Made by a program: the position numbers and the translations under genes. Of a stretch of DNA of 64,000 nt, positions 19,559 through 29,908 are shown piece by piece. Below the pieces are notes generated by a model. That model was not told where the DNA came from, ran no database searches, and was given only the letters and a program-made list of their open reading frames with translations. Source of the DNA: Vicinamibacterales bacterium (GTDB lineage Bacteria > Acidobacteriota > Vicinamibacteria > Vicinamibacterales > CAZQMT01); NCBI GenBank assembly GCA_965197935.1, contig CBDAOD010000002.1, forward strand, positions 1,668,464-1,732,463, read 5' to 3'. The first letter of the stretch is position 1; every line of letters begins with the position of its first letter.

Positions 19559-21601
19559 ATGAGGATACCGTCCGGTCGCCGTTTCATCCCACTGTGTCTG
19601 GTGGTGTCTGCCGTCGCGTCCGTCGCGGTCGCCGGATCGGGTCGGGACCGACTCACCGTCGAGCGGTATCTCGACTGGGAGGAGGTGGCCAATCCCCAGG
19701 TGGCGCCCGACGGCGGTCGGGTGGTCTACGAGCGCCGCTGGGTGGACGCGATTCATGACCGGTGGGAGACCGCGCTCTGGATCGTGAACGCCGACGGCAC
19801 CAAGCACCGGTTCCTGGTCGACGGCGCGAATCCCCGGTGGTCGCCCGATGGCACGCGAGTCGCCTACCTAGCGGAGGGCGAGCCGAGCGGTCGCCAGATC
19901 TTCGTTCGGTGGATGGATGAAGAGGGCGCCGTCAGCCAGGTGACCCGCGTGCGAGAGGCGCCGGCGGATCTGACCTGGTCTCCGGATGGCAAGTCTCTCG
20001 CGTTCCAAATGGTGGTGGCGCCGCCGGATGACGGGCGCTGGGACATCGCCATGCCCGAGGAGCCGACGGGTGCCGAGTGGACGGCGCCGCCGAAGATCGT
20101 CGATCGGCTCCACTACCGCCAGGACCGCATCGGCTACCTCCCGGATGGGTTCCGGCAGCTCTTCGTGGTCGCTGCCGATGGGGGTACACCGCGCCAGGTG
20201 ACGACCGGCGACTGGCACCACGATAATTTCCGCTGGATGCCTGATGGTCGCACCATCGTCTTCGATTCCCTGCGCGTCGAGGACGCCGCGTACCAGTGGC
20301 GCGAATCCGAGGTCTATGCCGTGTCTCTCGAGACCGGAGAGGTGACGCAGATCTCCAGCCGGCGTGGTCCCGATCGCGGCCCGGTGCCCTCGCCCGACGG
20401 GGGTCTCATCGCGTACACGGGCCACGACTGGACCGACGATACCTACGTCGAAGAAGGCGTCTACGTGATGAACGCCGACGGCTCGGCGCCGCGCCGGATC
20501 GCGAGCGAGATGGGACGCCGCCCGGCCAACGTGATCTGGGCCGAGGACGGGACTGGCGTGTACTTCACGGCGCAGCTGAAGGGAACCTCGAATCTCCACT
20601 TTGCCCCGCTCGATGGCGGGCCGCGGCCGGTCACCGTGGGCGCGCACATGCTGAGCGTCACCGACGTGGCGTCCGGCCTGGCCGTGGGGACGCTGGCGAG
20701 CCATCACGTGCCCGGCAACCTCGTGGCTTTCGGGCTCGACGCGCCCGGCGAGCGCCGCACCCTTCACGAGTCGAACCGCGGCGTCCTGGCGGAGGTCGAG
20801 CTCGGCGACGTCGAGGAGATCTGGTACGACTCGGTGGACGACCTCGAGATCCACGGTTGGATCGTCAAGCCGCCGGATTTCGACCCTTCCAAGAAGTACC
20901 CGTTGGTCCTGAGAATCCACGGGGGGCCTCACTCCATGTACAGCGTGGCCTTCGACTTCAAGAACCATAATCACGCCGCCAACGGCTACGTCGTGCTCTA
21001 CACGAACCCACGCGGCAGCGCCGGCTACGGCAGCGCGTTCGGTAACGCCATCAAGAACGCCTACCCCGACAAGGATTACGACGACTTGATGGCCGGTGTC
21101 GACGAGATCGTTTCGCGTGGTTATATCGACGAGCGCAATCTGTTCGTGTATGGCGGCAGCGGTGGTGGCGTGCTCACGGCCTGGATCGTGGGCCACACCG
21201 ACCGTTTCACTGCCGCCGTTTCGAAGGCCCCCGTCATCAACGGGCTCAGCTTCGTCGGTACGACCGACGGCCCGTCCTGGTATTACAACTTCGCCAGGCT
21301 CCCGTGGGAGGATCCGGCGGAGCACCTGCGTCGGTCGCCGCTGATGTACGTGGGGAACGTGACCACGCCCACGCTGCTCATGACTGGCGAGAAGGATCTA
21401 CGGACTCCGATGGAGCAGACCGAGCAGTTTTATCGCGCCTTGACGCTGCGCAAGGTTCCTACGGCCATGATTCGCCTGACGGACGGCTGGCACAGCCGCA
21501 GCCTGCCGCCGACCAACTTGATGCGGGTGCAGCTGCACCTGCGGAGCTGGTTCGAGCGCTTCAGGGTGGTAGACGACCTGTCGACGCAGGAAGAGCCATG
21601 A
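19559..21601 (+). CDS. S9-family dipeptidyl/acylaminoacyl peptidase with beta-propeller
   Basis: WSPDG repeats, IHGGPH, NPRGS.GYG, GGSGGG, GEKDLRTP, GWH. Confidence 0.93.
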   Translation: MRIPSGRRFIPLCLVVSAVASVAVAGSGRDRLTVERYLDWEEVANPQVAPDGGRVVYERRWVDAIHDRWETALWIVNADGTKHRFLVDGANPRWSPDGTRVAYLAEGEPSGRQIFVRWMDEEGAVSQVTRVREAPADLTWSPDGKSLAFQMVVAPPDDGRWDIAMPEEPTGAEWTAPPKIVDRLHYRQDRIGYLPDGFRQLFVVAADGGTPRQVTTGDWHHDNFRWMPDGRTIVFDSLRVEDAAYQWRESEVYAVSLETGEVTQISSRRGPDRGPVPSPDGGLIAYTGHDWTDDTYVEEGVYVMNADGSAPRRIASEMGRRPANVIWAEDGTGVYFTAQLKGTSNLHFAPLDGGPRPVTVGAHMLSVTDVASGLAVGTLASHHVPGNLVAFGLDAPGERRTLHESNRGVLAEVELGDVEEIWYDSVDDLEIHGWIVKPPDFDPSKKYPLVLRIHGGPHSMYSVAFDFKNHNHAANGYVVLYTNPRGSAGYGSAFGNAIKNAYPDKDYDDLMAGVDEIVSRGYIDERNLFVYGGSGGGVLTAWIVGHTDRFTAAVSKAPVINGLSFVGTTDGPSWYYNFARLPWEDPAEHLRRSPLMYVGNVTTPTLLMTGEKDLRTPMEQTEQFYRALTLRKVPTAMIRLTDGWHSRSLPPTNLMRVQLHLRSWFERFRVVDDLSTQEEP

Positions 21602-21658
21602 ACGACGCCGAGGACCCGATCGATGAGGGGACGTCACGCGACGAGAGGAGGGATCGCC

Positions 21659-23074
21659 ATGCGCCGAGGCTCATCCGTGCTGGTCGTGGGGTTGCTCGCG
21701 ACGGCCGTCTCGGTCGGTGTCGGGACCCGGCAGGCGCCCGATCTGGCAGAGACGTATCGCGAGCCCGCCGGCCAGATCCTGGGTGCGGCGCTGACCGACG
21801 TCGACGGCTGGGAGAAACTGACGCACTTGACCACCCAGATCGGCAACCGGCTCAGCGGGTCCACGGGGTTGGAGCGTGCGATCGACTGGGCATTTGCCGC
21901 GATGCAGGACGAAGATCTGGAGAACGTGCGGCGGCAGCCCGTGAAGGTGCCGCACTGGGTGCGCGGGAACGAGCGCGCCGAGGTCGTGGCGCCCGTCGAG
22001 CGGCCGCTGAGTATCCTGGGGTTGGGGGGCAGCGTGGCGACGCCTCCGGCGGGCGTTACCGCCCCCGTCGTCGTCGTGGGCAGCTTCGACGAGCTCGAGG
22101 CGCGTGGACGAGCCGACATCGAGGGCAAGATCGTCCTCTACGCCGTCCCCTGGATGGGATACGGTCGCACCGTGCAGTATCGGGCGAACGGCGCCTCTCG
22201 TGCGGCAGCCCTCGGCGCCGTGGCCACCCTGGTGCGATCGGCAACGGGTAGAAGCCTGAACACCCCTCACACCGGCGCGCTCCGCTACGCCGCCGACGCG
22301 CCGAGGATCCCGGCCGCGGCCGTGACGGTCGAAGATGCCGCGTGGATGCGCCGCATGGCCGAGGCGGGACGGGAGGTGCGCGTGGCGCTGCACATGGAGG
22401 CCGACACACTGCCCGAGGCCGACTCCGCGAACCTGATGGCCGAGATCCGTGGCCGCGAGCGACCCGAGGAGGTCGTCGTCATGGGCGGGCACTTCGACTC
22501 GTGGGACGTGGGGCAGGGCGCCCACGACGACGGCGCCGCGTGCATGGCGGCCTGGCAGGCCCTTGTCATCATCCAGCAGCTCGGTCTGCGGCCGCGCCGC
22601 ACGCTTCGGGTCGTGCTCTGGACCAACGAGGAGAACGGTCTGGGCGGAGGGCGTGCGTACCGCGACATGGTCGGGGCGGCGATCGGCGACCATGTCGCTG
22701 CCATCGAGATGGATGGAGGAGCCGAGCGTCCCGTCGGGATGGGGTTCGGACTCGACCGTGTGGAGCCGGGAGACGCGCAGGACCCGAGCTACGAAGCCGC
22801 ATACCTGAAGCTGCAGCAGATCGGTCGACTGCTCGAGGGCATCGATGCCGGTGAGGTGAGCCGTGGTGGTGGCGGCGCGGACATCGGCCCGTTGATGCGG
22901 GACGGTGTGCCTGGGCTTGCGCTGCGGACCGTCGGCGAACATTACTTCGATTGGCACCACACCCAGTCCGACACGCTGGACAAGGTGGATCCCACGGACT
23001 TTCGGAGGGCCATCGCCCTGCTCGGCGTCTATGGCTACGTGCTCGCGGACATGCCGGACCGGCTCGTTCCATGA
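21659..23074 (+). CDS. M28-family carboxypeptidase Q-like metallopeptidase
   Basis: IGNRLSGS, GGHFDSWDVGQGAHDDG, NEENGL, AAIEMD, YFDWHHTQSDTLDK. Confidence 0.93.
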   Translation: MRRGSSVLVVGLLATAVSVGVGTRQAPDLAETYREPAGQILGAALTDVDGWEKLTHLTTQIGNRLSGSTGLERAIDWAFAAMQDEDLENVRRQPVKVPHWVRGNERAEVVAPVERPLSILGLGGSVATPPAGVTAPVVVVGSFDELEARGRADIEGKIVLYAVPWMGYGRTVQYRANGASRAAALGAVATLVRSATGRSLNTPHTGALRYAADAPRIPAAAVTVEDAAWMRRMAEAGREVRVALHMEADTLPEADSANLMAEIRGRERPEEVVVMGGHFDSWDVGQGAHDDGAACMAAWQALVIIQQLGLRPRRTLRVVLWTNEENGLGGGRAYRDMVGAAIGDHVAAIEMDGGAERPVGMGFGLDRVEPGDAQDPSYEAAYLKLQQIGRLLEGIDAGEVSRGGGGADIGPLMRDGVPGLALRTVGEHYFDWHHTQSDTLDKVDPTDFRRAIALLGVYGYVLADMPDRLVP

Positions 23075-23115
23075 CTCGAGGACGGCAACGGCCGCCGGGT
23101 GGGGGAGCGGCTGGA

Positions 23116-23144
23116 TTGACATCGGGGACGTCATGACGAACGAT
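23116..23144 (+). promoter_or_regulatory. Candidate sigma70 promoter of the small-RNA unit
   Basis: TTGACA (23116-23121), 17-bp spacer, AACGAT (23139-23144). Confidence 0.5.
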
Positions 23145-23257
23145 AGGTGTTGACGTTCCGCGCGCGGCGCGGCGGCTGCAGTCGGGCTTGGGCGGCCCGG
23201 TGGCCGGGTGGGTTGGGACCCACCACTCATGGTACGCCCGGCAAAGGAGGTGATCCG

Positions 23258-23302
23258 GTGGACGACATTAGTCGAAGGTTCGCGGAGGTGGCGTCCTCGT
23301 AG
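23258..23302 (+). CDS. Putative small peptide MDDISRRFAEVASS
   Basis: GTG...TAG directly behind a perfect extended Shine-Dalgarno. Confidence 0.45.
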   Translation: MDDISRRFAEVASS

Positions 23303-23382
23303 GGACCTCCAGCGCTCTGTAGTGGCGCAGCGGAGGGAGTCCCCATTGCGGGGAAACCCAACGCCACTGAAGCAGACCGGAG

Positions 23383-23418
23383 AGGGCCTCGATCCCACGG
23401 GATCGAGGCCCTTTTTTT
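23383..23418 (+). terminator. Rho-independent terminator
   Basis: AGGGCCTCGATCC-CACG-GGATCGAGGCCCT followed by a T run. Confidence 0.9.
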
Positions 23419-23433
23419 CGCGAGGATCGAATC

Positions 23434-24171
23434 GTGACCGAGAGCGGCGCCTACAGATTCGGCCGGATGGTCGGCGGCAAGCTACGCCGGGCCAAGTGGA
23501 TGTGGGAGTCGCTTGCCGGGAGCGAGGACGAGGGCATTCGGGCGGAGTACGGCGTCGGTCGTGAGATGGCGGCGGCCGTTCGCGCGCGGGCCCCGCACGA
23601 TCCGGATCCGCAGCTCCAGGCCTTTCTCGACGAGATCCGGGTCCCACTCGCGCGGTCGGTGCGGAACCGGCTTCATCGTTTCGAGGTGACGTCCGTCGTC
23701 GAGGATCATCCGACGGCGTTTGCCCTCCCGGGTGGCTTCATCTTCGTGGCGCGGTCCCTCGTGGAGCTCTGCGATCGGAACCGGGACGAGACCGCGTTCG
23801 TGATCGCCCACGAGATGGCCCACGTCATCCGGCGCCACGCGATCAATCGGGTGCTGACGGAGACGGCCCTGTCGGCGGCGGCCCTGGCCTCTCCCGGCCG
23901 GGGCTGGTTCGTGCCCTGGATCCGCAAGGTGGGGCTTCAGGCGCTGGAACGCGCCCATTCCCGGGAGCAGGAGTTCGAGGCCGACGCGTTGGGCCTGCGG
24001 CTCGTGCGTGCGGCGGGCTTCGACGCGGCCGGTGCCGTCCGCCTGCTCGAGCGTCTCCGTCGACTCGACCCGACCCCGGACCGCTCTGGGCTGGGTGAGT
24101 ATTTCTCGAGCCACCCGGCCTTCGACGAGCGCATCCGGGAGCTGCGCCGCCGGGCGCCGCGCCCGGCCTGA
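23434..24171 (+). CDS. M48-family zinc metallopeptidase
   Basis: AFALPGGFIFV, AHEMAH, SREQEFEAD, FSSHP...ERI. Confidence 0.9.
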   Translation: MTESGAYRFGRMVGGKLRRAKWMWESLAGSEDEGIRAEYGVGREMAAAVRARAPHDPDPQLQAFLDEIRVPLARSVRNRLHRFEVTSVVEDHPTAFALPGGFIFVARSLVELCDRNRDETAFVIAHEMAHVIRRHAINRVLTETALSAAALASPGRGWFVPWIRKVGLQALERAHSREQEFEADALGLRLVRAAGFDAAGAVRLLERLRRLDPTPDRSGLGEYFSSHPAFDERIRELRRRAPRPA

Positions 24172-24180
24172 CTGGCTCCC

Positions 24181-25159
24181 TCAGTCGTCCTCCACCAGCC
24201 GCAGGAACTCCGGATCGTCGTGGAGCGCAGCGAAGGCCTCGTTGGCGGGAAGCTGGTGTCTGTTGGCCGGGTTGAGCTCCACCGCGCGACGAAGGGCCGC
24301 CAGCGCCTCCGCCCGGTGACCCAGGCGCAGCCGCACGTCGGCGATGGCGACCCAGGCGCTGTCGCCCTCGGGAAACAGATCGCGCGTCCGGATGGCAATC
24401 GCCAGCGCCCCTTCGAGGTCACCCTCGACAATCTTCGGCCGAACGCCCCTGATCAATGCTCTCGCGCGAAACGCCGCCAGGACTCGCCGGAGCTCGGTCA
24501 GCGGCCGCTCGTGCTCATCCACCCGCAAGTCGAGAACACGGTCGCTATATCCTCCGGCCCCGGCGAGCGGCTTGAGGACCATCAGCGAAGCCGATTGCGT
24601 CCCGCGCTTGTCCCCGCCTGCCGCCTGCGCCGCGTCGAGCGCGTCCAGGAGGCGTTCTGCCAGCGGACCGCTCGTCGATTCGACCGAGCGTGCCATCGCC
24701 TCGACGACCTCGGGTCCGGCGAGCGTATTGCCTTGCGCACAATAGCTCTCGCCGCACGCGTGGCCTTTCCAATCGGTGATGTCGGGACTGGTCCAGGCGG
24801 CCGTCCGCCCCTGGATGTCGAGAATCGCGACCTGCCGACGGTTGCGGTCCTCGTCGCCGCGCAGCATCATGTCCAGCGCCTGCTGCGGCGCCATACCGGC
24901 CTCGAGCAGCTCGATCCCGATCGCGCTGTACATCGGGTTGGAGGCGGCCTGGTGCGCGAAGATGGCCAGGCCACCCTTGCCGCCTCGCGTGCGGCTCCCA
25001 CCGCGACCGTCTTCGATTGGACCCGATGCCGAGCTCGCCCGTCGCCGGGTCTCTCGCAATGATTGAGAACGTTCCGTCGTGGTCGGGATCATAGTCCTGC
25101 GCCATCGCCACCGACACGCACAGGGGGAACAACAGGGCCAGGATGCTGCGTCTTCTCAT
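24181..25159 (-). CDS. DUF1028 (Ntn-hydrolase-like) protein with C-terminal TPR (two frameshifts at ~25022 and ~24998)
   Basis: TFSIIARDPATGELG, RQVAILD, AQGNTLAG, ALDAAQAAGGDKRGTQSA, DLRVDEH. Confidence 0.85.
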
Positions 25160-25445
25160 GACATCTCCCTCGCGGCTCCGTCAACGGATGAGAGACCACA
25201 CAGCACCGCCGCGACCGCCAGGCGCACGGCGGCGCGCCGACTCCAGCGGCCCAGCGACGGAGGTCTGAGCGTCTGCATGGGCGCATGATACGAATCCGGG
25301 CCGCGTCTGGGATGAGGTCCGGCGCATCCGGTCGCTTTGTGGGCGTCGGCATGCCCTGAAGGCTATCTGTCGTGGGGCGGAGAGGATCAGACCGCGCTGC
25401 GCGCTCGTACCCGGGGGCCGAAGCGACGGATCCGCTACGGCCCCG

Positions 25446-26096
25446 TCATGCTCCGCGTTGAACGCGCACCACGTGGATGGTCGTTCGCTCGCCGCAGACG
25501 GATCGTTCGGCGATCCTCCCCTCGACGGTCACCTCGGTTCCGGGTTCGAGCTCGTCGACATCGCCGACCAGGGCGTATGGCAGGCGGTCGGGCCCATTCA
25601 GCGTGGGGCACCCGCCGTCGTCCCGAGCGATACGACCGTGTCTGAGGACGGTACCCTCCGGGCCGGTGACATGGAAGACCTGGGACAAGGCGAGGGGCTT
25701 GAAATACGGGTCGAACGCGATGAAGAACAGGGACATGTCGTGGGTGGCCCATGAGGGGATCTCGAGCTCGAACGTGAACTCGCCATCCTCGCCACTCAGT
25801 ATCCATCCGGCTTCTTCGAACCCGAGGCGGAGCGCGCCGACCCCGACCCGCAGTGGGGCACGGATCGGCAGATCGCCGGCCTGCAGGGTCACGACCGTGC
25901 CCGGTGGGCCGAGTCGTGGCGAGAAGGACTTGAGCTGTCGGCCGAGCGTTTCGAGGCTGTCCTCCTCGACCCCGACGCGGCGGTCCTCCTGTGCGGAGGG
26001 GGAGGCGGCGAACCCGAATGCCAGCGCGAGGATCACGACCACCACGACCCGGACGACAACGCTGCGGTGTGGATCGAAGGTCATGGCGCGCTCCAT
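25446..26096 (-). CDS. Exported hypothetical protein
   Basis: Signal peptide ...PSAQ, Ig-like region, C-terminal OB-like GCPTL...VEGRI...SVCG. Confidence 0.7.
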   Translation of the reverse strand: MERAMTFDPHRSVVVRVVVVVILALAFGFAASPSAQEDRRVGVEEDSLETLGRQLKSFSPRLGPPGTVVTLQAGDLPIRAPLRVGVGALRLGFEEAGWILSGEDGEFTFELEIPSWATHDMSLFFIAFDPYFKPLALSQVFHVTGPEGTVLRHGRIARDDGGCPTLNGPDRLPYALVGDVDELEPGTEVTVEGRIAERSVCGERTTIHVVRVQRGA

Positions 26097-26289
26097 CTCT
26101 GATCGGAGTTCACGGTGCGGCTGGAAGCACGATCATCTTCCTCTCACCCGTGCGGCACGGCAACATTGTACTGCATGACCAGCGCGCCATCCTCGCCAGA
26201 ACACCATCTTCACCGTTCTGTGAATAGGTCCGCGACTCGTGGCTTCCAAGATCTTACAGGTCACCCTCCGACAGCCGGGCGCAGCGCCG

Positions 26290-26740
26290 CCCTTGGTGCG
26301 ACGCAGGAAGGTGCTCGAACACCTCGAACGCCGTCAGCAGCTCATAGCTGGGGGACACGTCGAGACTCGCCTCGAATCCCTTGGCAAAGAGGTTCTCGCA
26401 CTGGCGGTCGGATCGGTAGAAATCGAACCCGTTGTCCCGCATCAACCGCACGAACATCCCATACCCACCTCACATAGTCGACGAAACGGCGACCCGGGGC
26501 GAACAGGAACCAGACGAGAAGCGTGGTGATCTCGGCCATCCGGACGTTGCGGCCCACGAGTCCGATGTCTGCCGCTGCGATCACGTCCGAGTACGCCTCC
26601 TCCAGCCAGTACGGTTCCTCGACGCAGATGTAGCCGCAACGCGGGCACCGAAAGTACTGCGCCCGGTATTTGCGCAGGACCGTTGCCTGGCCAAAGGGCT
26701 CCATCTGCTCGCTACAGATTTTGCATTCCATGTTCGTCAT
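26290..26740 (-). pseudogene. Class I SAM methyltransferase with N-terminal Zn ribbon; frameshifted and 3'-truncated
   Basis: CKIC...CPRCG...PYWLEEAYS...FVDY, then GYGMFVRLMRDNGFDF...LLTAFEVFEHL in another frame, after which the match ends. Confidence 0.75.
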
Positions 26741-26911
26741 CCGTACCGAATGCCTTGCGGGCTCTCACCCGCCCACGCGACCCCGCGCTGCTCGGCATTC
26801 TCGACGGGCCTTTACTTGCGTAGGAGGTCGAGTCGAGCGTAGCATGCCATCGGTCGGCCGGCCGAGGCCGTACTCCGCGGGTCGACTGTCGTCGCGGCCG
26901 GCGTTCCCGCC

Positions 26912-28060
26912 ATGCGAATCCTCTACGACGGCAGCATCTACCAGGCCCAAGCTGCCGGCGGGGTGAACCGCTATTTCGCCAATCTGATCGCCCGGCTGCC
27001 CGCTTGCGTCACCCCGATTCTCTCCGCGACCTGCCACCACCGCCTCCAGTATCCCCGGCACGTCAACCTGGATCTGCACGTCAAGGGTTTCGACCACCGG
27101 CCCAAGTCCGTGGCCCGGTGGCGACGCCAGCGACACTTCCACCGCCTCTACGACCGGCTGTGCCCGGACATCCTTCACCCGACCTCGTACGGGCTACTGT
27201 CCGGCCAGTCGCTAGAGGACAGCCGCCGTCCGTATGTCCTGACCGTCTACGACATGACCCATGAGCGGTTCGCGCGGCTGATCGATCCGCGAGGCACGCG
27301 AGCCGCCATCAAGCGGCAGGCCATCGGAAGCGCCAGGGCCATCATCTGCGTGTCGCACAGTACGAAGCGGGACCTGCTCGAGTTCTGCGCCGTACCGGAG
27401 GAGCGTGTCGCGGTGATTCACCTAGCGGCGGGCCTGGACTCGGCCGAGGCCGATGCCTCGGCGGCCACGCCGCCAGCGCCGTTCTTCGTCTACGTGGGAT
27501 CGCGCGCAACGTACAAGAACTTCGACCGGCTGCGGGGCGCCATGCGTGCGGTCGTGGCGCGCTGGCCCGATTGTCGGCTCTGCGTCGTGGGCGCCCCGTT
27601 GGCGCGCGCAGAGCATCGTAGGGTCGCCGAGCTGGGCCTTGGCGACTGCGTCGTCCCCTACGGCTACGCGACCGATGGGCAGCTGGCGCAGTTGTATGGT
27701 GCCAGCCTCGCGCTGGTTTATCCGTCCCTGTACGAGGGTTTTGGTCTGCCTCCGCTGGAAGCGATGCGGTGCGGAACCGTCGTGGTGGCGAGCGACGCCT
27801 CGAGCCTCCCGGAGGTCGTCGACGATGCGGCCGTGTTGTTCGACCCCACGTCGACCGATCATCTGGTGGCGATCCTGTGCGAGCTGCTGGACGACCCTGG
27901 ACTGCGCGCGCCGCTGATCGCACGAGGCCGTCGCCGCGCCGCCCTGTTCGACTGGGAGCGAACCGCAGCGCGAACCATCGACGTGTATCAGGCCGTGCTC
28001 GATGGCGAGGCCGTGTCCGGGATCGACTGCACGGTTCCGCGCGGAACGAGCGGCGGCTGA
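26912..28060 (+). CDS. GT4 glycosyltransferase
   Basis: GGVNRY, YVGSRATYKNF, YPSLYEGFGLPPLEAM, SLPEV. Confidence 0.93.
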   Translation: MRILYDGSIYQAQAAGGVNRYFANLIARLPACVTPILSATCHHRLQYPRHVNLDLHVKGFDHRPKSVARWRRQRHFHRLYDRLCPDILHPTSYGLLSGQSLEDSRRPYVLTVYDMTHERFARLIDPRGTRAAIKRQAIGSARAIICVSHSTKRDLLEFCAVPEERVAVIHLAAGLDSAEADASAATPPAPFFVYVGSRATYKNFDRLRGAMRAVVARWPDCRLCVVGAPLARAEHRRVAELGLGDCVVPYGYATDGQLAQLYGASLALVYPSLYEGFGLPPLEAMRCGTVVVASDASSLPEVVDDAAVLFDPTSTDHLVAILCELLDDPGLRAPLIARGRRRAALFDWERTAARTIDVYQAVLDGEAVSGIDCTVPRGTSGG

Positions 28061-28127
28061 ACGCAAGGGCGATCCCGGGAGATGCCGCGGCTGGCCTGCG
28101 CGAGCGGATCGATCCGGCCGCAGGCGG

Positions 28128-29621
28128 TCACCGGCGATACTTTCCGAGGATGGGCCGTCCCGGGTGCGCGCCCGCGACGGTCTGGCCGTCGCGCACGACG
28201 ATGGTCCCGTTCACCAGCACGTGTTGGATCCCTTCGGAGAAGGACAGGTCGTCCTCGAAGGTCGCCGTGTCGATGATGGTGTCCGGATCGAAGACCGTGA
28301 TGTCGGCATCGCAGCCGACTTGAAGACGACCCTTCAACCGCATCGCCGGAGCCATGGCATCCAGTCGCATGGCCGGCATCAATGTCATCTTGCGCAGCGC
28401 GTCCATCAGGCCAAGGGCCCCGCGCTCGCGCACGTAGCGACCGAGCACGCGCGAGTAGGTGCCCGCCGACCGCGGGTGGGCCCTGGGATGATACGGCATG
28501 CCGTCGGAGCCGATCATGGTGAACGGCGCCTGCAGCCCCTGCTCGATCCACGGCTCTCTCATCATGTGGAGGATGACGGTGCCGCCCTCCTGACGATACG
28601 CGTCGAAGGTCTCCTTGGTCAGGCGCTCCCCCGTGGCCTCCCACTGGATGTCCCCGTAGTCCATGTCCCACACATCTTGCCAGCCCTCGTCGAACAACGT
28701 GGACTGGAGGCTCGTCGAGGCGGCCGTGTAGGGATAGAGCTCGGTCGTCACGTCGAGACCCTGCGCCTGCGCGGACGCGACCATGTCGAGCGCGACGCCG
28801 ATCCGGCCGAGTGCCATGCTGTTGAGATGGACGATGTGCACGGAGGCGCCGGTGGCTGCCGCGTTCGCGATGGCCTCCTGAATGGCCGCCAGGTTCGGAT
28901 CGCGCACATGGGTGTAGACCGGCGTCTCCATTCTCGCCGCGAACTCGTAGACGCGAAAGATCTCCTCTCGAGTGGCGCCCGGATAGTACCCAACAGGGAC
29001 GCCGACGCCCAGGGCGCCGCCGGTGAGCTCCTCCGAGAGCCCCTCGCTCATGACTTCGAGCTCGGTCGTGCTCAGCGGTTCGTAGCGGGCGTCGAACCCC
29101 TGGTTCAGGATCTCTCGCAGCCTGGGGTCGTCGAGGCCCGAGCGTGCGACGAGCTGCCGGGCCTCGCGCGCCAGTTCCGCGTATCTGTCCATGGCCAGCC
29201 AGCGGAGCGATCCCTGCGCGAGTGTGGCGCCATAGTTGATGAGCGCGTCGCCGACACGCGCGTCGAGCCACTCGCGCACGAAGAGGCGTCCCGACTCCAG
29301 CTCGAGCGCGGTCGTCACGCCGTCGTGAACCTGATACTCGTTGGCCTCGTTTGTTTGACCGTGAGCGTGAGGGTCGATGAATCCGGGGGCCACCACGAGC
29401 CCCGACACGTCCAGGACGGTGGCGCCGGTCAAGGGTGTGGCGGAGATCTCGACGATGCGATCACCGCGAATCCCGACATGGCGGACGGCGTCGAGGCCGG
29501 TCTCCGGATCCATGACGCGCCCTCCCGACAGGACGATGTCGTAGCCGTCCGTCTGCGCGGATAGCGGAACCGTCGACGCGAAGAGCATCGCCGCAATGAT
29601 GATCGGTGCTAGCAGCTGCAT
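28128..29621 (-). CDS. N-acyl-D-amino-acid / D-glutamate deacylase (amidohydrolase)
   Basis: GGRVMDPETG, APGFIDPHAH, ELYPYTA, IGSDG..HPRSAGTYSRVLG, KGRLQVGCDADI. Confidence 0.9.
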   Translation of the reverse strand: MQLLAPIIIAAMLFASTVPLSAQTDGYDIVLSGGRVMDPETGLDAVRHVGIRGDRIVEISATPLTGATVLDVSGLVVAPGFIDPHAHGQTNEANEYQVHDGVTTALELESGRLFVREWLDARVGDALINYGATLAQGSLRWLAMDRYAELAREARQLVARSGLDDPRLREILNQGFDARYEPLSTTELEVMSEGLSEELTGGALGVGVPVGYYPGATREEIFRVYEFAARMETPVYTHVRDPNLAAIQEAIANAAATGASVHIVHLNSMALGRIGVALDMVASAQAQGLDVTTELYPYTAASTSLQSTLFDEGWQDVWDMDYGDIQWEATGERLTKETFDAYRQEGGTVILHMMREPWIEQGLQAPFTMIGSDGMPYHPRAHPRSAGTYSRVLGRYVRERGALGLMDALRKMTLMPAMRLDAMAPAMRLKGRLQVGCDADITVFDPDTIIDTATFEDDLSFSEGIQHVLVNGTIVVRDGQTVAGAHPGRPILGKYRR

Positions 29622-29908
29622 GCGTTCCTCCCTGGGCGGTTTCCTTCGTCTTCAACGGTCCTCGACGGTCCTCTGCGGTCACTGTAGCATCTTCCGATTC
29701 GGAGGCCGTTCTGGCGGCGCCGCGCCGCAGGCGCTCCTCGCGGACCCATGCCGTGTCCCGCGCGCCGACCTTCACCTGACATCCAGAGGGGTGTAGCATT
29801 GCCTGGCTCGTACCCGCGTGGCCGACCAGGGATGACGTGATGACGGTCTTGCCCGAGCCGACGCGACTGGCGAACACGCTGGACCGGGCCTGACGACACC
29901 AGAATCCG

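Larger units (their letters stand above)
23150..23418 (+). ncRNA. Structured small RNA or leader containing a 14-codon ORF
   Basis: Intergenic and bounded by a candidate promoter and a terminator. Helices TCCGGT/ACCGGA, GGAGGT/ACCTCC, AGTGGCG/CGCCACT and GGG-AAA-CCC. AAAGGAGGTGATCC at 23243-23256. Confidence 0.6.

Noticed and set aside
23243-23256. 16S rRNA 3'-end sequence on the minus strand
   Set aside because: Flanks do not resemble 16S helices 44/45, so it is not an rRNA gene or fragment; better read as an extended SD on the plus strand.
21671-23647. 658-aa minus-strand ORF and similar long overlapping ORFs (19868-21325, 28002-29564, 49047-51380, 53105-54709)
   Set aside because: High-GC antisense shadows of well-supported genes with no recognisable motifs.
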